Shown here one piece after another: positions 60,140 through 64,000 of a stretch of 64,000 nt of DNA (position 1 is the first letter of the stretch; each line of letters begins with the position of its first letter). The notes under the pieces were generated by a model. The model was not told the origin of the DNA and did not search any database. It worked only from the letters and a program-made list of their open reading frames with translations. The DNA comes from Gemmatimonadaceae bacterium (GTDB taxonomy: Bacteria > Gemmatimonadota > Gemmatimonadetes > Gemmatimonadales > Gemmatimonadaceae): NCBI GenBank assembly GCA_045803545.1, contig JBJMOW010000002.1:256001-320000 (forward strand), read 5' to 3'. The position numbers and the translations under genes are program-made.

Positions 60140-61458
60140 ACGAGACTCACGAACCCTCACTTACATCGTGGATCGAATCCGCGAATTCGCCGGAAACTGA
60201 CTTCCCGATTCAGAACCTGCCGTTCGGCGTGTTCTCGCGTAAAGGCGACGCAGAACGTCGAGTCGGAGTCGCGATCGGCGATCAGATTGTCGACATCGGC
60301 GAATCTTTGAGCGCTAATCTGTGGACCGGCCCGGCACGCGACGTCGCGCGCTGGTGCGATCGACCGAATCTCAACGAATTGATGCAGGCGCCCCGCGATT
60401 CGCTGTCACAGTTTCGCGGCCGCCTCAGTCAGCTCCTCTCCGGTACGCCTGGAGACAGCGGCGGAATAAATCCGCTCCCACCAGGCGCACTCGTCCCGAT
60501 GGCCGAAGCCGATTTATTTCTGCCGGCGCAGATTGGCGACTACACCGATTTCTACGCCTCGATTTATCACGCGACCAACGTCGGGAAACTGTTTCGGCCG
60601 GAGAGTCCGCTGATGCCGAACTACAAGTACGTCCCCATCGGATATCACGGTCGCTCGTCGTCGATTGTCGTCAGCGGGACCGAGGTTCGACGTCCGCGCG
60701 GTCAGTTCCTGCCACCTGATTCGAAGATTCCAAGCTTCGGCCCATCCGAGATGCTCGACTATGAAGCCGAGGTCGGCTTCTTCGTCGGTGTCGGCAATGA
60801 GATGGGGAAGCCCATACCAATCGAAGAAGCCGAGGCGCACATTTTTGGCATCTGCCTGGTGAATGACTGGTCGGCGCGCGACATCCAGTCATGGGAATAC
60901 CAACCGCTTGGACCCTTCCTCGGCAAGAATTTCGGAACGACTGTCTCCCCGTGGGTGGTGACCTGGGAAGCTTTGGAGCCCTATCGAGTCCCTGCCTTCT
61001 TTCGTCCGCCCAACGATCCGCAGCCCTTACCGCACCTTTCGTCGGAGCACGACCGCAACGAAGGCGGCATCGACCTCAACATCGAAGTATTTATCCGGTC
61101 GCTGTTAATGCGCGAAGGACGGCTGCGTCCGTTCAAGTTGAGCAACGCCTCGCTGGCGGACATGTATTGGACCCCGGGCCAGATGCTCACCCATCACACC
61201 AGCAACGGCTGCAACATGCGGCCAGGCGATCTCTTCGCGAGCGGTACCGTGTCGGGCCCGGACTCTCACTCGCAGGGCTGCTTGCTCGAGCTGACTCGTC
61301 GTGGCGCCGAGCCGGTGGTTCTCCCGACCGGGGAAGAACGGCGCTTCCTCCACGACGGCGACGAGATCATCATGCGCGCCTATCTTCAACGTGAGGGTGC
61401 TGCCCGCATCGGACTTGGCGAGTGCTCTGGCCTCATAGTCGCATCATCGAGAGCCTGA
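60136..61458 (+). CDS. fahA: Fumarylacetoacetase
   Basis: FPIQNLPFG, GDYTDFYAS..HA, YHGRSSS, NDWSARDIQ.WEY.PLGPF. Confidence 0.95.
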   Translation: MNETHEPSLTSWIESANSPETDFPIQNLPFGVFSRKGDAERRVGVAIGDQIVDIGESLSANLWTGPARDVARWCDRPNLNELMQAPRDSLSQFRGRLSQLLSGTPGDSGGINPLPPGALVPMAEADLFLPAQIGDYTDFYASIYHATNVGKLFRPESPLMPNYKYVPIGYHGRSSSIVVSGTEVRRPRGQFLPPDSKIPSFGPSEMLDYEAEVGFFVGVGNEMGKPIPIEEAEAHIFGICLVNDWSARDIQSWEYQPLGPFLGKNFGTTVSPWVVTWEALEPYRVPAFFRPPNDPQPLPHLSSEHDRNEGGIDLNIEVFIRSLLMREGRLRPFKLSNASLADMYWTPGQMLTHHTSNGCNMRPGDLFASGTVSGPDSHSQGCLLELTRRGAEPVVLPTGEERRFLHDGDEIIMRAYLQREGAARIGLGECSGLIVASSRA

Positions 61459-61477
61459 TCCAACCAATCGACAAGCG

Positions 61478-61984
61478 ATGCCGAGTACCTCCAGCGAGCC
61501 ACTGTATGCGGTTCGCAGATCTTCTATTCACGGTCGTGGTGTGTTCGCGACTCGACACATCAAGAAAGGAACGCGGATCATCGAGTACACCGGCGAGCGA
61601 ATCAGCAACCGCGAGGCCGACCGGCGATACGACGACAGCCGCATGAAGAAGCACCACACCTTTCTTTTCACTCTCGACAAGAAAACGGTGGTCGACGGCG
61701 CGATCGCTGCCGGCGGCAGCGTCGCCAGTTTCATTAACCACTCGTGTGATCCGAACTGCGAAGCAATTATACGCGGCAAGCGGATCTACATTCACGCCAA
61801 GCAGGACATCGATCCGGGCACCGAGCTCGCTTACGACTACCAGTATGAGCGCACCGGCGAAGATGACGAAGAGCTGGAAAAGTTCTACTTTTGCCGCTGT
61901 GGTGCGGACAACTGTCGTGGTACCATCATGAAACCGCCTCCGAAGAAAAAGTCCGTGCGCCGAAAGCGGATGACGCGCAGATAA
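61478..61984 (+). CDS. SET domain protein-lysine methyltransferase with post-SET motif
   Basis: IHGRGVFA, IEYTGE, INHSCDPN, EL.YDY, CRCGADNCRG. Confidence 0.92.
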   Translation: MPSTSSEPLYAVRRSSIHGRGVFATRHIKKGTRIIEYTGERISNREADRRYDDSRMKKHHTFLFTLDKKTVVDGAIAAGGSVASFINHSCDPNCEAIIRGKRIYIHAKQDIDPGTELAYDYQYERTGEDDEELEKFYFCRCGADNCRGTIMKPPPKKKSVRRKRMTRR

Positions 61985-62065
61985 CACGTCTCAGGCCGGG
62001 CTGGACTTCATCCGTATTGGCTGGTTATGGTGGATTAGATCAAAAAAACCCCCTGGAGAATCAGC

Positions 62066-64000
62066 ATGCGCTTTGTCACTCCCACCCGTGCGCTCGCACT
62101 ACTCGTCCTGATAAGCGGCTCGGCAGCGGCTCAGAATGCCGTCCCGATGCAGAGCAAACCGCTCGATCCCGCCAACCTCGACCGTTCCGTTTCGGCATGT
62201 ACTGATTTTTATCAGTTCGCCAATGGCGGCTGGGTGAACAGTCACCCTGTGCCTCCCGCGTACTCGACCTGGGGCAGCTTCGCCGAGCTATCGGAGAACA
62301 ATCAGAGCAACCTGCTAACGATTCTTCGCAACGCGTCGGCGAGCGGCGACAAACAGGCCAACGCTGATTTGCGTAAGCTCGCCACGTACTACTCGTCCTG
62401 CATGGATTCCGCGACCACCGAAAGTGCCGGTTATCAGCCGATCCAACCGGCATTGGCGCGGGTCGCGGCGATCACCAATCGCGCTCAAATCGAGGCCGAG
62501 GTTGCGCGCCTTCACTCGCAGGGCATTTCTGCGGTGTTCGGGTTCGGTTCCCAGCAAGATGCGAAAAACAGCTCGCAGGTGATCGCCGGCATTCGGCAGG
62601 GCGGTTTGTCGCTACCGGATCGAGAATACTATTTGAATCAGGACAAGAGCTACGCGGATATTCGCGCGAATTACACCGACCACGTCGCGAAGATGTTTCA
62701 ACTGGTTGGGGAAAGTCAGGCGCAGGCCACCGCCGACGCGCAGAGAGTGATCGGTCTGGAGACCGCGCTCGCCAGGCCAGCGAGAACCCGCGTCGAGCTG
62801 CGCGACCCGAATCGCAATTACAACAGGATGACGGCCGCCGAGCTGGCGCAGCTGGCTCCGCGTTTCAATTGGCCGCGCTTCTTCACCGGTGAAGGCCGCG
62901 CGGACATTTCGACGATCAACGTGCAAAACCCCGACTTCCTCAAAGCGGTCGATAGCCTGATGGCGACTGTTCCGCTCGAGGATTGGAAGGCGTACCTCCG
63001 CTGGAAGATTCTCGACACTGCCGCCCCGAGTCTCAGCTCGGGATTCGTCAACGAGGATTTCCGATTCAGCAGCACCCTCAGCGGCGCCAAGGAGCAGCTT
63101 CCGCGCGATAAGCGTTGTGCGCGCGCGACCGACCAGGGACTTCGTGATGCGCTCGGTCAGGCGTACGTGTCGCAATTCTTCACGCCCCAGGCAAAGTCGC
63201 GCGCCCTCGAGATGGTCAACAACCTCCAGTCCGTTTTTCGCGATCGCCTGCAGACCCGTGCCTGGATGGGCGACTCGACCAAGGCGATGGCGAGCGCGAA
63301 GCTCACTGCATTCAACAAAAAGATCGGATACCCCGATAAGTGGCGTGACTACACGAGTCTGACAATCAAGCCGGGCGCGTTTTACAACAATGCGCTGGCC
63401 GTTCGGGAATACGAGCGGAAGCGCGACCTCGCAAAGATCGGTCAGCCGCTCGACCGCGCGGAGTGGGGAATGACACCCCCGACAGTAAATGCGTACTACA
63501 GTCCGACATACAACGAAATTGTTTTCCCGGCTGGCATCCTTCAGCCGCCTTTCTTCGATCCCAATGCCGACGACGCGGTGAATTACGGCGGCATGGGTGC
63601 CGTGATCGGGCATGAGATGACGCACGGCTTCGACGATCAGGGCGCGCAGTTCGACGCTCAGGGCAATTTGCGCAATTGGTGGACGGCGTCCGATCTCGAC
63701 AAGTTCAAGCAGGGGACCGGCCTAGTCGCGTCCCAGTTTGATTCGTACAGCGTGCTGGACTCGGTGCACGTCAACGGCAAACTGACGCTGGGTGAGAATC
63801 TCGCGGACCTTGGCGGTCTCTCGATCTCATACGCCGCGCTCGAGAAAGCACTGGCGCAAAAGGGTCGGCCACCGCTCATCGACGGGTTTACGCCCGAGCA
63901 GCGCTTCTTCCTGGCGTGGGCGCAGATCTGGCGGTCCAACACCACTCCGGCACGGCAGCGCGTGTTGATAAACACTGACCCGCATGCTCCGGCCCGTTGG
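62066..64000 (+). CDS. M13 family metallopeptidase (partial, runs off the window end)
   Basis: Not in the ORF track. Manual translation gives signal peptide, CTDFYQFANGGW, VNAYY, IGHEMTHGFDDQG, TLGENLAD. Confidence 0.93.
   Translation, partial: MRFVTPTRALALLVLISGSAAAQNAVPMQSKPLDPANLDRSVSACTDFYQFANGGWVNSHPVPPAYSTWGSFAELSENNQSNLLTILRNASASGDKQANADLRKLATYYSSCMDSATTESAGYQPIQPALARVAAITNRAQIEAEVARLHSQGISAVFGFGSQQDAKNSSQVIAGIRQGGLSLPDREYYLNQDKSYADIRANYTDHVAKMFQLVGESQAQATADAQRVIGLETALARPARTRVELRDPNRNYNRMTAAELAQLAPRFNWPRFFTGEGRADISTINVQNPDFLKAVDSLMATVPLEDWKAYLRWKILDTAAPSLSSGFVNEDFRFSSTLSGAKEQLPRDKRCARATDQGLRDALGQAYVSQFFTPQAKSRALEMVNNLQSVFRDRLQTRAWMGDSTKAMASAKLTAFNKKIGYPDKWRDYTSLTIKPGAFYNNALAVREYERKRDLAKIGQPLDRAEWGMTPPTVNAYYSPTYNEIVFPAGILQPPFFDPNADDAVNYGGMGAVIGHEMTHGFDDQGAQFDAQGNLRNWWTASDLDKFKQGTGLVASQFDSYSVLDSVHVNGKLTLGENLADLGGLSISYAALEKALAQKGRPPLIDGFTPEQRFFLAWAQIWRSNTTPARQRVLINTDPHAPARW

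Noticed and set aside
62612..63625. 337-aa minus-strand ORF, and similar long antisense ORFs elsewhere (e.g. 46479-47348, 9536-10438)
   Set aside because: Shadow frames of well-supported genes on the opposite strand, expected in GC-rich DNA.

Overview
A 64-kb, moderately GC-rich chromosomal segment, most likely from a Gemmatimonadota bacterium (inferred from gene families and order). It is almost fully coding. Main blocks: (1) three GMC oxidoreductase/gluconate-2-dehydrogenase-subunit-3 pairs with DUF1080 proteins, TIM-barrel sugar epimerases, four Gfo/Idh/MocA oxidoreductases, a ROK kinase, a divergent NagB-like enzyme and a nucleoside-type permease, which together suggest an expanded 3-keto-glycoside catabolic system; (2) a housekeeping run (thiolase, hbd, acyl-CoA dehydrogenase, Leu dehydrogenase, rpiB, glyA, nnr, thiL, plsC-like, eno, ftsB) ending in two CAT-anticodon tRNAs; (3) a 1.3-kb integrase-less element inserted in the second tRNA, which keeps the att duplication (with compensatory T-stem changes) and paired candidate arm-site repeats at both ends around fused phage-gene fragments; (4) envelope and signalling genes (Pal-like, TonB receptor, two histidine kinases, LytTR, PilT, MscS, DUF2156, UPF0182), then fahA, a SET-domain protein and a partial M13 peptidase. 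Several ECF-like and sigma-54-like promoters and two repeat-derived hairpins are visible. No CRISPR array, rRNA or intact transposase/integrase was seen. All family calls come from recognising motifs by eye; no searches were run.
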